A DNA stretch of 64,000 bases from NCBI GenBank assembly GCA_027490215.1, contig JAIXYO010000025.1:7277-71276 (forward strand), read 5' to 3'. Shown here one piece after another: positions 47,785-57,046 of this stretch. Position 1 is the first letter of the stretch. Every line of letters starts with the position of its first letter. Origin of the DNA: Rubrivivax sp. (GTDB lineage: Bacteria; Pseudomonadota; Gammaproteobacteria; Burkholderiales; Burkholderiaceae_C). A program made the translations under genes and the position numbers. The notes under the pieces were generated by a model, which did no database searches, had not been told where the DNA came from, and saw only the letters and a program-made list of their open reading frames with translations.

Positions 47785-48930
47785 TCAAGCCATCGTCGCT
47801 GGCGTCAGCAGGCGATCCAGCGTGCTGCTGAGGCTGTTCACCGTGCGTTCGCGGTGGTGCAGCTTGTCGAGACCGAACAAGCCGATGCGGAACGACCGGA
47901 AGTCCGGCCCTTCGTCGCATTGCAGCGGCACGCCAGCGGCGATCTGCAGACCCAGACCCAGCCACTTCTTGCCGGACTGCATGTCGGCGTCGTCGGTGTA
48001 GCAGACCACCACGCCGGGCGCCTGGAAGCCGGGCGCCGCGACACTCTTGAACCCTCGCTGCGTGAGCATCTCGCGCACGGCATCGCCGAGTTGCTGCTGT
48101 TCGTCACGCACCCTGTCGAAGCCATAGGCGCGGGTTTCGAGCATCACGTCACGCACGCGGGCCAAAGCGTCAGTCGGCATCGTCGCGTGGTAGGCGTGGG
48201 CGCCACCTTCATAGGTTTCCATGATCTGCAGCCACTTGCGCAGATCACAGGCGTAGCTGGTGCTTTGCGTGCTGTCGATGCGCTGGCGCGCCAGTTCACT
48301 CAGCATCACCAGGGCGCAGCACGGCGAGCCGCTCCAGCCCTTCTGCGGCGCGCTGACGAGCACGTCGACGCCAGTCGCTGCCATGTCAACCCAGATCGTG
48401 CCGGAGGCGATGCAGTCGAGCACGAACAGCCCGCCCACATCGTGCACCGCATCGGCCACCGCACGCAGGTAGTCGTTTGGCAGGATCATGCCGGCCGATG
48501 TTTCGACGTGCGGGGCGAAGACGACCTCGGGGCGCTGTTCCTTGATCGCGGCCACCACCTCGTCGATCGGTGCAGGCGCAAACGGCGCCTGCGGCCCGGT
48601 GTCGATTCGCCGCGCTTTCAGCACCGTTGCGTGCGAAGGAATGTTGCCCATCTCGAAGATCTGCGTCCAGCGGTAGCTGAACCATCCGTTGCGGATCACC
48701 AGAACCTTGCGGCCGGTGGCGAACTGTCGAGCCACCGCCTCCATGCCGAAGGTGCCGCTGCCCGGCACGATGACCGCCGACTTGGCGTGGTAGACCTCTT
48801 TCAGCGTGGCGGAGATGTCCTTCATCACCTGCTGGAAGCGCTTGGACATGTGGTTGATCGCGCGGTCGGTGTAGACGACCGAGTACTCGAGAAGGCCGTC
48901 GGGATCGACGTCGGGCAACAAACCGGGCAT
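47785..48930 (-). CDS. class V (PLP) aminotransferase, alanine/serine-glyoxylate aminotransferase family
   Basis: 381 aa, with VVYTDRAINHMS, VIVPGSGTFGMEAV and SAPQKGW (PLP-lysine). Confidence 0.85.
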   Translation of the reverse strand: MPGLLPDVDPDGLLEYSVVYTDRAINHMSKRFQQVMKDISATLKEVYHAKSAVIVPGSGTFGMEAVARQFATGRKVLVIRNGWFSYRWTQIFEMGNIPSHATVLKARRIDTGPQAPFAPAPIDEVVAAIKEQRPEVVFAPHVETSAGMILPNDYLRAVADAVHDVGGLFVLDCIASGTIWVDMAATGVDVLVSAPQKGWSGSPCCALVMLSELARQRIDSTQSTSYACDLRKWLQIMETYEGGAHAYHATMPTDALARVRDVMLETRAYGFDRVRDEQQQLGDAVREMLTQRGFKSVAAPGFQAPGVVVCYTDDADMQSGKKWLGLGLQIAAGVPLQCDEGPDFRSFRIGLFGLDKLHHRERTVNSLSSTLDRLLTPATMA

Positions 48931-49013
48931 GGCGGACTCCAGCGCAAGGACTGCGTTTCACGAACCTGCCGATTTTGACCGCTACTCGATGGGGCTGTCA
49001 GCCCGGGGTCAAC

Positions 49014-49784
49014 TCACCGACCGCCGCCTGTCCCTGGCAACGCCTCGCGCCGTGGCGTGAAGGGCTGCTGGTACAGCCATACCTGGCGCCCGTCAGGGCA
49101 GGCGTGACAGGCGTCGGGTTCCAGCTGCATCGCCTCGAATTCCAGGCTCGCGAGCCAGGCACCGGGGGCCAGTTCGCGTGCGGCCTTGTCGACCGCCCGG
49201 GGCATGCTTTCGGGCCGCTGAAACAGATACACCAACTGATAGGCGGACCAGCTGGTCTTCCACAGATCGCCGCGCGTGATGCGCGCAAAGCCACAGCGCC
49301 ACTGGCAGACAGTACGCAGCGGCCAACTCCATTCAACACCGTCGAGGCGCGCTCGCGGGTACTCGGCATGCAGTTCCCGAAGGCCGTCACCGAGGCCACA
49401 GCCCGCTTCGAGCACGCGAGCGGAATCCGGCAGCCGGACCAGCCGCTGCAGGCCCTGCAGTGCGTCCCGCGGCGTCGGGAAGAAAGGCGCATCGCGCCAG
49501 GCGTTGAGTGGATACAGCAGCACCAGCGCACCCAGCGGCACCAGCCAGGCCCAGGCCGCCAAGCCGGCCGCAGCCCCGGAGGCCGCCAGCGACAGCGGGA
49601 AGCCCAGCGCGATGAAACAGCGGCGCCAGCCACTCAGCGGCCAGGGCGACCAGAGAGCCGGCAGCGCGCCAATGACGACGCCGCACAGCAAGGCGATGAC
49701 CGCGGGCGCATCGAGAGCCCGCAGGCCAAGGTAGACGGCCCAGGCGATGGCCCAGGTCAGCAGCGCAGGCAGCGGCCAGGGCAT
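49014..49784 (-). CDS. membrane-anchored class I SAM-dependent methyltransferase
   Basis: N-terminal TM helices, then motif I VLEAGCGLGDGL. Start is ambiguous: ATG at 49784, or GTG at 49841, which would overlap the fliA 3' end by 23 nt. Confidence 0.7.
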   Translation of the reverse strand: MPWPLPALLTWAIAWAVYLGLRALDAPAVIALLCGVVIGALPALWSPWPLSGWRRCFIALGFPLSLAASGAAAGLAAWAWLVPLGALVLLYPLNAWRDAPFFPTPRDALQGLQRLVRLPDSARVLEAGCGLGDGLRELHAEYPRARLDGVEWSWPLRTVCQWRCGFARITRGDLWKTSWSAYQLVYLFQRPESMPRAVDKAARELAPGAWLASLEFEAMQLEPDACHACPDGRQVWLYQQPFTPRREALPGTGGGR

Positions 49785-49818
49785 GATCACCGCGGGCGAC
49801 AGCTGCCGCCGCGGGGTT

Positions 49819-50538
49819 TCAGTATTCCCTGAGCTTGACACGCAGCCGTGCGATCGACTGGCTATGCAGCTGGCACACGCGCGACTCGGTGACCTTGAGC
49901 ACGGTGGCGATCTCCTTCAGGTTCATGTCGTGCTCGTAGTACATGCTCATCACGTACTGCTCGCGTTCGGGGAGCATCTTGATGCCAGCGACCAGGGCTT
50001 CGCGCATCCGGTGATCCTGCAGCTGCGCCAGTGGGTTGAATGACTCGTCGGCAACGTGGCGGTCCAGGTAATCGTGGTCGCCGTCATCGCCGGACATGTC
50101 TTCGAGATAGACCAGCTGCGTGCCGCGCACCTTGCCCAGCAGTTCCTGGTACTCGGCCAGCGTGATGCCCATCTCGCGGGCGATCTCGCTCTCGGCCGGG
50201 GCGCGGCCCATGCGCTGCTCCAGTTTGTGCACCGCTGCCTCGATGGTGCGCTGCTGCTTGCGTGTGCCACGCGACAGGTAGTCGTTGCCGCGCAGCTCAT
50301 CAAGCATCGCGCCGCGAATGCGCTGCGTGGCGAAGGTTTCGAATTGCACCCCTTGCGCGATGTCGAAACGAGTCAACGCGTCAGCCAGCCCGATCATGCC
50401 GACCTGGATCAGGTCGTCGAGTTCGACGTTGGCGGGCAACTTGGCGATCATCTGGTGCGCAAGACGTCGCACCAGCGGGCTGTACTGCTTGAGCATCGAC
50501 GTGTTGTCGAGCTGTCCTTTGGCGGTGTACGTGGACAT
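49819..50538 (-). CDS. fliA: flagellar RNA polymerase sigma factor FliA (sigma-28)
   Basis: 239 aa from the ATG at 50538. Region 2 DDLIQVGMIGLADALTRFD...FETFATQRIRGAMLDELR, region 4 LKEIATVLKVTESRVCQLHSQSIARLR. Confidence 0.92.
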   Translation of the reverse strand: MSTYTAKGQLDNTSMLKQYSPLVRRLAHQMIAKLPANVELDDLIQVGMIGLADALTRFDIAQGVQFETFATQRIRGAMLDELRGNDYLSRGTRKQQRTIEAAVHKLEQRMGRAPAESEIAREMGITLAEYQELLGKVRGTQLVYLEDMSGDDGDHDYLDRHVADESFNPLAQLQDHRMREALVAGIKMLPEREQYVMSMYYEHDMNLKEIATVLKVTESRVCQLHSQSIARLRVKLREY

Positions 50539-50555
50539 GGTTTGGCTCCAGAGAT

Positions 50556-51383
50556 TCAGTTCAGCGCGTGAAGAGCGGGCGCGGCCATGGCGAGACGAGG
50601 CGCGGCCAGTTCGGCAACCGCAGGTTGAAGGGTGTCTCGGACCCAACGGCGCAGTGCGGGTATCGATGCGGCACGGGGGTCGCTGGCCGGATCGACTTGC
50701 ATCCAGTCGCGCAGCACGGCCCCCAGGAAATCGTCGGCGCAGGTTGCGATCTGCATCGCGATGCGCTCGGCGCGTGGCGAGCTTGGCGCGGCGCTCAGCA
50801 GCAGGTCGTGCACCAGCAGACCGCCGCGCTGTGTCAGCAGCTTCATCGCCGCATAGGCATGGGTGACGCTGACAGGGCGATCGTCAGCGAGCAGCAGCGG
50901 CCGCGGTCGGGTCAGGGACTCACCGCGCATGAACAGGCGACACAGGTCGGTGGCACTGGCGTGTACCAGCACCACATCGGCGCCGGGCGCCGCACGGGCC
51001 ACGGCATCCAGGAAGCTGGCGGTGGACCCCTGCGCGTCGACATATCGCAGCGGCAGGCCGTGCGCGGCGAGGTAGGACACCTCGTGCGACAGCGTCTCGA
51101 TCGATTCGGCCAGATCGACCTGAGCCATCTCATGGGGCTCCGGCGCGTTCTCGCCAGCGTCGATCACCAGCGTGTGGCAACCCTGCTCTGCGAACCCGCT
51201 GCAAAGCCGTTCGAGCATCACGCCACCAAAAGCCATGTGGGGATTCGACACCACAGGCACGAAGCGGACCTGCGAATGGGCAAACAGGCGGCGCAGGCCA
51301 TCGGCCTGGTCGAGCGGCATGGAGGGGGGAAGCGTGGTCGTCATCGCAGGAAACGGCTGGTTGGACGGGAATGGGGCGGGCAT
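50556..51383 (-). CDS. FlhG/FleN-position MinD/ParA-like protein with degenerate P-loop
   Basis: Lies between flhF and fliA. RFVPVVSNPHMAFGGVMLERL...HTLVIDAG sits where MinD-type proteins carry xKGGxGKT...LLLDAD. The whole protein has only one Lys. Confidence 0.6.
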   Translation of the reverse strand: MPAPFPSNQPFPAMTTTLPPSMPLDQADGLRRLFAHSQVRFVPVVSNPHMAFGGVMLERLCSGFAEQGCHTLVIDAGENAPEPHEMAQVDLAESIETLSHEVSYLAAHGLPLRYVDAQGSTASFLDAVARAAPGADVVLVHASATDLCRLFMRGESLTRPRPLLLADDRPVSVTHAYAAMKLLTQRGGLLVHDLLLSAAPSSPRAERIAMQIATCADDFLGAVLRDWMQVDPASDPRAASIPALRRWVRDTLQPAVAELAAPRLAMAAPALHALN

Positions 51384-53041
51384 CAGGCGTGAGCCATCAG
51401 CGCGGCGTGTGGTGGCACGGCGTGAGACTGATGCTGCGGCGCCGCGAAGATCAGGTTCACTTCGCTCGAATCCATCCGGTAGGCGGTGGCGATGGTCGGA
51501 CGCAAGGCGCGGTGCATCAGTGCGCTCGACGACAACCGGTGCCAGTCTTCAGGAACGCGCTGGCCGTTGGCCACGCCCAGCACAGTGAGCTTGTGGCGGA
51601 TCAACGCATCGAGCGCCGGCCCCAGCTTCACCGCCTCGTCCATCTTCGACAGCACCACGCCGCGGCAGGTGTTGGCCCGGTAGGAAATCAGCACGTCCTC
51701 GATCGTCTCGCCCTGCGCGGCCGAGTTGACCACCAGCAGCTTGTGAATCGAGCGGTGACCCAGCATGTCCAGCAGTTCACGGGTTCGCGTGTCACGCTGA
51801 GCCATGCCGGCCGTGTCGATCAACACCATCTTCTTCGCCGACAACAGATCAAGCAGGTCTTCCAGCGACGCCCGGTCATGCGCGGTGTGCACCGGCACGC
51901 CGAGGATGCGGCCATAGGCCCGCAACTGCTCGTGGGCGCCGACGCGATAGGCGTCGAGCGTGATCAGTCCCAGGTGCGATGCACCGTAGCGGGTCGCAAA
52001 CGCAGCGGCCAGCTTGGCGGTGGTGGTGGTCTTGCCAACGCCGGTGGCGCCGACCAGGGCATAGACACCCCCCTGGTCTTCCAATGGCGGTTCACGATCG
52101 GCGCTGAGCAGATTGCGCTCGAGCACGCTGGCCGCCCAGGCCATTTCGTCGGTGACGTCGGGGCCCATGCCTTCGGCCAGCTTGCGAATCAGCGCTGGCG
52201 AGAAGCCGCAGTCGATCAGCTTCTGCGTGAGCCTTGCCTGCGCGGGCTGGCGTTGCAGCTTTTCCATGAAGGCCAGGGCGCCGAAGCGCTCTTCAATCAT
52301 GCCCTTCATGCTGCGCAGCTCGTTCATCATGTCCTGCTGGTCGCGGCGGCTCACACTGTCTTCGGCGGCGGCCGCAGCAGGGGCCAGCGGCTGACGCACG
52401 ATCACTTCTTCGCGCAGCACGGGGGGCTCGTGCAGCGACAGCGTGGTGTCGATGCCCATCGACGCGGAAGCGCCGCGCAGCGCGCCCAGCACTGGGGCAT
52501 GTCCGGGCGACACGGTGGCGGGGGCGGCGACCTGCGAACGCTTCATCGCGACAGCAGGGCGTGCCACCGGCGCATCGGCCATTCGCGTCGCGAGCGGGCC
52601 AGCCGGCACGTCGGCGACCGGAGCCGCAGCACGTGCAGCAGCCGACTCGGCCTGCAGCGCGACCTGGCGACGCTTGAGCATGCGGTCACGCACGTAGTCC
52701 TGGAACGACAGCGTGCTCATCGACAGACGCTCGATGTCGTCGTCGACCGATTCGGTTGCAGCCGTGGCGACAGCATCGGCCCTGGCGGGCTGCGTTCTCG
52801 CCACGCCGGGTCGACCCGGGCCTGGCTTCGCGGCGGTCGAGCGGGGGGCAGGCACCGTGGCGGGGGCGGCTGTGATCGCCATGCGCTCGATCTGGGCCAT
52901 GCTTTCCGGGGCCATCGCGACCACCTCCACCCCTTCGCCGCACGGCTTGGTGGACAACACAACCGCGTCCTCGCCCAGTGCCTGGCGCACCAGGGCCAGG
53001 GCGTCGCGCGATGTGCGCGCGGTGAAGCGTTTGACGTTCAT
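51383..53041 (-). CDS. flhF: flagellar biosynthesis GTPase FlhF (SRP-type)
   Basis: 552 aa, with N-terminal MNVKRFTARTSRDALALVRQALGEDAVVLS, G1 LVGATGVGKTTTTAKLA, DAYRVGA and G3 LIDTAGM. Confidence 0.9.
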   Translation of the reverse strand: MNVKRFTARTSRDALALVRQALGEDAVVLSTKPCGEGVEVVAMAPESMAQIERMAITAAPATVPAPRSTAAKPGPGRPGVARTQPARADAVATAATESVDDDIERLSMSTLSFQDYVRDRMLKRRQVALQAESAAARAAAPVADVPAGPLATRMADAPVARPAVAMKRSQVAAPATVSPGHAPVLGALRGASASMGIDTTLSLHEPPVLREEVIVRQPLAPAAAAAEDSVSRRDQQDMMNELRSMKGMIEERFGALAFMEKLQRQPAQARLTQKLIDCGFSPALIRKLAEGMGPDVTDEMAWAASVLERNLLSADREPPLEDQGGVYALVGATGVGKTTTTAKLAAAFATRYGASHLGLITLDAYRVGAHEQLRAYGRILGVPVHTAHDRASLEDLLDLLSAKKMVLIDTAGMAQRDTRTRELLDMLGHRSIHKLLVVNSAAQGETIEDVLISYRANTCRGVVLSKMDEAVKLGPALDALIRHKLTVLGVANGQRVPEDWHRLSSSALMHRALRPTIATAYRMDSSEVNLIFAAPQHQSHAVPPHAALMAHA

Positions 53042-55122
53042 GCGGTGCCTCCGATGACTGACCCGATGCGGATCGAATGGGTTTCAGGAATTTCGCTGTG
53101 GGCCAACACACGCATACGCGGCGCGGCGCGCTTGAGCAGACGGGCCATGGGTGCGCGGATCGCGTCTGGCACCAACAGGCAGGCGGGCAGCCCCAGGTCT
53201 TCCTGGCGCTTGGCCGAATCGGCGGCGTGGCGGGTCAAGGCATCGGCCACGCCGGGGTCCAGTGCTGCACCGTGCGGCGAGGTGAGAGCCTGCGCGACCA
53301 TGCGCTCCAGATCAGGCTCCAGGGCAATGACGTCGAGCTCCTTGCTCGGGCCATAGATCTGCTGGACGATGGACGGCGCCAGGTGCACGCGGATGCGGCG
53401 GGCCAGTTCGGCCGGGTCGGTGACAGTGGAGGCGTTCTCGGCCAGGCTCTCGACGATGGAGCGCATGTCGCGGATGTGCACGCCTTCTTCCAGCAGCAGC
53501 TGGAGAACTTTTTGCAGAGCCGGTATCGCGACCATTTTGGGCACCACGTCCTCGATCATCTTGGGGGCCAGCTTGGTCACGTGTTCGACCAGTTGCTGGA
53601 CCTCCACGCGACCCAACAACTTGGCAGCGTGGAGTTGCATCAAGTGTGAAAGATGGGTCGCCACGACAGTCGAGCAATCAACCACCGTAAACCCACTCAT
53701 TTGGGCTGACTCGCGCTGGCGATCCTCAATCCACACCGCAGGCAGTCCGAAGGCCGGGTCGGTGGTGCGAGTTCCGATCAGTGGCGTGGTGGCGCCGCCC
53801 GGGTTGATGGCCAGCCACATGCCCGGGAAGGCCTCGCCCTCGCCCACCACCGCGCCGCGCAGCGTCAGCCGGTACATGCTGGGCTTGAGCTCGAGGTTGT
53901 CACGGATGTGCACCGGCGGCGGCAGGAATCCGACGTCCTGCGCAAACTTGCGCCGCACACCCTTGATGCGCGCCAGCAGGTCGCCTTCGCGCGCCTTGTC
54001 CACCAGCGAAATCAGACGGTAGCCAACTTCCAGGCCCAGCGTGTCGATCGGCAACAGGTCGTCCCAGCTCGCCTCGGCATTGGGTTCCGGCATCACGGCA
54101 GCGGACGGCGGCGGTGCCTCGCGGGCGATGCGATCTCGCTCACGCATCCAGTAGGCCGCATAGCCCAGACCGGAGGCAATCAGCAGGAACACCACATGTG
54201 GCATGCCAGGGATCAGCCCCAGCGTGCCGATGACGCCGGCGGTGATGGCGAGCGCGCGCGGCGAGTTGAACATCTGCGCGGCAATCTGGGTGCCGACGTC
54301 ATTGCCCTTGCCGACACGCGAGACCACCATCGCGGCCGCCACCGAGATCAACAGACCCGGAATCTGCGCGACCAGCGCATCGCCAACGGCCAGAACGATG
54401 TAGCTGTCGGCTGCCTGCCCAGCCGACAGGCCGTGCTGCGCAACACCGATGATGAAGCCGCCAATGATGTTGATGAACAGGATCATCAGGCCGGCGATCG
54501 CGTCCCCACGGACGAACTTGCTGGCACCGTCCATCGAACCGAAGAACTCCGCCTCGTCGCCGACTTCGGCGCGGCGGCGCTTGGCTTCCTTTTCGTCGAT
54601 CAGTCCGGCGTTCAGATCGGCATCGATCGCCATCTGCTTGCCGGGCATCGCGTCAAGGGTGAAGCGCGCGCCAACTTCGGCGATGCGCTCGGCACCCTTG
54701 GTCACCACGATGAAGTTGATCACCACCAGGATCGCGAAAACGATCAGACCGACCGCGAAATTGCCGCCGATCAGGAAGTGGCCGAACGATTCGATCACCG
54801 CGCCAGCCGCCCCCGGACCCGTGTGGCCTTCGAGCAGCACAACGCGCGTCGAAGCCACGTTCAGCGACAGGCGAAGCAAGGTGGTCAGCAGGATCACCGT
54901 GGGAAACGCAGCGAAGTCCAGCGGCTTGACCATGTAGGCCGCGACCATCATCACCATCAGCGCCATCGCGATGTTGAAGGTGAACAGCAGGTCGAGTGCG
55001 AATGGCGGCAGCGGCAGCACCATCATCGCAAGCACCATCACGATGAACAGCGGCGCCATCAGCGCCCGGATCGCGGTGGCGTTCGGGCCCAGCCAGGCTT
55101 TGACTTGCTCAAACGGATTCAT
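53038..55122 (-). CDS. flhA: flagellar type III export gate protein FlhA
   Basis: 694 aa, with FPTVILLTTLLRLSLNVASTRVVLL, FTLDAMPGKQMAIDADLNAG and GASKFVRGDAIAG motifs. Confidence 0.96.
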   Translation of the reverse strand: MNPFEQVKAWLGPNATAIRALMAPLFIVMVLAMMVLPLPPFALDLLFTFNIAMALMVMMVAAYMVKPLDFAAFPTVILLTTLLRLSLNVASTRVVLLEGHTGPGAAGAVIESFGHFLIGGNFAVGLIVFAILVVINFIVVTKGAERIAEVGARFTLDAMPGKQMAIDADLNAGLIDEKEAKRRRAEVGDEAEFFGSMDGASKFVRGDAIAGLMILFINIIGGFIIGVAQHGLSAGQAADSYIVLAVGDALVAQIPGLLISVAAAMVVSRVGKGNDVGTQIAAQMFNSPRALAITAGVIGTLGLIPGMPHVVFLLIASGLGYAAYWMRERDRIAREAPPPSAAVMPEPNAEASWDDLLPIDTLGLEVGYRLISLVDKAREGDLLARIKGVRRKFAQDVGFLPPPVHIRDNLELKPSMYRLTLRGAVVGEGEAFPGMWLAINPGGATTPLIGTRTTDPAFGLPAVWIEDRQRESAQMSGFTVVDCSTVVATHLSHLMQLHAAKLLGRVEVQQLVEHVTKLAPKMIEDVVPKMVAIPALQKVLQLLLEEGVHIRDMRSIVESLAENASTVTDPAELARRIRVHLAPSIVQQIYGPSKELDVIALEPDLERMVAQALTSPHGAALDPGVADALTRHAADSAKRQEDLGLPACLLVPDAIRAPMARLLKRAAPRMRVLAHSEIPETHSIRIGSVIGGTA

Positions 55123-55312
55123 TGTGAAATCACCTGGACGGTGGCCGTCAGCGGCTGTAGGGAGAGGAAATGGGCGGACATGGAAAGCGCTGTCTGATGC
55201 TTTCCATTGTTCCGAGGCACCGACAAAACTTGAGCCGGATTAAGGGGGCGAATGGTGGGCAGTTCTGGCCTCTGGTGTCGCTGCGTGAGCGCTGCGGCGG
55301 GCCGCTGTGTTG

Positions 55313-55564
55313 CGCTCGTGTCCCCCGGGCCTGAAAAGACAGGCCCTCCTCCTTTACCTCGCTCCACACAGCAGCCCACCGCAACGCCCCTGCCACCACC
55401 GAAGAGTCCGTTGGTTGCATGCCTTGGTGGGCAACACTGGTGTCGGCTGTCGAGGGCGGGGGGTGACCGGCGCAGCGAGGTTAAGGAGGAGGGCCGGATC
55501 GCCTCGACTCGAAGCCCCTGGGCAGTGAACCGGCCCGGGGGACACGAGCGGAGCCGGTCACCCC
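55313..55564. repeat. multi-stem palindromic element in the flhB-flhA intergenic region
   Basis: 19-bp perfect inverted repeat 55313-55331/55532-55550. 21-bp IR with 1 mismatch 55342-55362/55475-55495. A competing 12-bp perfect IR 55460-55471/55553-55564. Confidence 0.8.
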
Positions 55565-55588
55565 GCGCCCTCGGCAGCTGTTCGCACG

Positions 55589-56752
55589 TCACGCCAAATT
55601 GACGTCTTGATCTTTTGGCGCGTTGTGCGGATCTAGTTCCGGTGGCACCGACAGTTCGGGCAGGTCGTCTGGCATCGCGCCACGGCCGCTCATCGCGGCA
55701 CGCAGCTGGTAGACATAGGCCAGCACCTGCGCCACGGCGGCGAAAAGCGCGGTCGGGATTTCTCGGTCGAGTTCGGCGTGGGCGTACAGCGCACGCGCCA
55801 GCACGGGCGCCTGCAGCACCGGCACCTGGGCAGTGCGAGCGGTGTCGCGGATGGTCATTGCCAGCAGGTCCGCGCCCTTCGCAACGACACGGGGCGCGCC
55901 CATCAGCGCTTCGTCGTACTTCAGCGCGACCGCATAGTGGGTCGGGTTCATCACCACCAGGTCGGCGGTCGGTACCGCGGCCAGCATGCGGCGGCGCGAC
56001 ATCTCTCGCATCAGCTGGCGGCGACGTCCCTTGATCTCATCGCTGCCCTCGGATTCCTTGTGCTCCTGCTTCACTTCCTGCGCGCTCATCTTCAGCTTGT
56101 TCGCATTCAGGTAGCGCTGCAACGGCGCGTCGACCGCCGCAAAAACTGCCAGGACGCCGAGCAGCAGCCACAAGCCACCTTGCATCGCCGAGCCAGCCTG
56201 GGCGAAACCGGCCTGCAGCGGCATGCCCATCAGACCGCGGAATTCGTCGATGTGGAAGTAGAGATACAGGCCGCCGACGGTGCCGAGCACCAGAGCCAGC
56301 AGCGTGGCCTTCAGTGCGTCGATCACCTGCTGCTTGGCAAAGAGGCGACTGATGCCTGCGGGCAGATTGAACGGGGTGGCCTTCGGTATCAGCGGCTTCA
56401 GGGTCCAGTTCCAGCCCCCGATCGCGAGCGCGCTGGCAATGCCGACGCTGACCATCCACAGCCCCATCGGAACGATCACCCACAGCAGCAGCACCGTGAG
56501 GTCGGCGAGCCGCTCGAACATCGCCGACGGTCCCAGGCGTGCGCTGGCATCGAAGCTCAGGCTGCGAATCAGGCCACCTTGGGTCCAGCTGATCAGCGTG
56601 GGGGCCATCACGACCAGGCCGAAACCGCCTGCGGCCAGCGCCGCGAAGTGGCCGAGGTCGCGTGAGCGGGGCACATTGCCGTCCTCGCGCGCCTTTTTCA
56701 GCCGCAGGGCCGAGGCGGGCAGGTTGCGATCTTGGGTGTCGGACTGGGCCAT
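55589..56752 (-). CDS. flhB: flagellar type III export protein FlhB
   Basis: 387 aa, with LKKAREDGNVPRSRDL and the autocleavage site NPTHYAVALKY. Confidence 0.94.
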   Translation of the reverse strand: MAQSDTQDRNLPASALRLKKAREDGNVPRSRDLGHFAALAAGGFGLVVMAPTLISWTQGGLIRSLSFDASARLGPSAMFERLADLTVLLLWVIVPMGLWMVSVGIASALAIGGWNWTLKPLIPKATPFNLPAGISRLFAKQQVIDALKATLLALVLGTVGGLYLYFHIDEFRGLMGMPLQAGFAQAGSAMQGGLWLLLGVLAVFAAVDAPLQRYLNANKLKMSAQEVKQEHKESEGSDEIKGRRRQLMREMSRRRMLAAVPTADLVVMNPTHYAVALKYDEALMGAPRVVAKGADLLAMTIRDTARTAQVPVLQAPVLARALYAHAELDREIPTALFAAVAQVLAYVYQLRAAMSGRGAMPDDLPELSVPPELDPHNAPKDQDVNLA

Positions 56753-57046
56753 CAGCGGGTGCGGTGAGCATGGTCACGCGGGAGGCGTGCCCGTCGATTG
56801 TTTCAATCACCCCTTCACACTTGAGCGAGAGAAGCAGGGCTTTCGCCCCCCTCATCGGAACAGGCCGGACCGGTCGAATGTGCCCTCCGCGCGCGGCCAT
56901 CGCCAAGGTCGACCGGGCGTAACTACCTAGTCGCAGCCGTCGGCAGCGTCGGCCCCGTGTCAGCATCGGGTCGATAATTTCGGGTGCGACGGCTGCATGC
57001 CGAGCCATCGAACAGCAGTTCAACCACACCAGTCAGGAGACAAATC

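Noticed and set aside
55207-55233. Candidate sigma-28 (FliA) promoter on the minus strand upstream of flhA (TCAAGTTT-N11-CGGAACAA).
   Set aside because: Only the -35-like half resembles the TAAAGTTT-N11-GCCGATAA consensus and the -10 half is poor. This is too weak to call without a PWM scan or transcript mapping.
55342-55495. Strong Shine-Dalgarno-like AAGGAGGAGGG strings in the arms of the flhB-flhA palindrome, as a possible hidden small-gene RBS.
   Set aside because: No ATG, GTG or TTG lies at a suitable distance downstream on either strand. The purine run is simply one half of a stem whose partner is CCCTCCTCCTT.
55119-55592. 157-aa minus-strand ORF, and 116/90/73-aa plus-strand ORFs, inside the flhB-flhA spacer.
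   Set aside because: The translations are Pro/Arg/Gly-rich with no motifs and no RBS. The ORFs run through the inverted repeats, so the palindrome explains the open frames.
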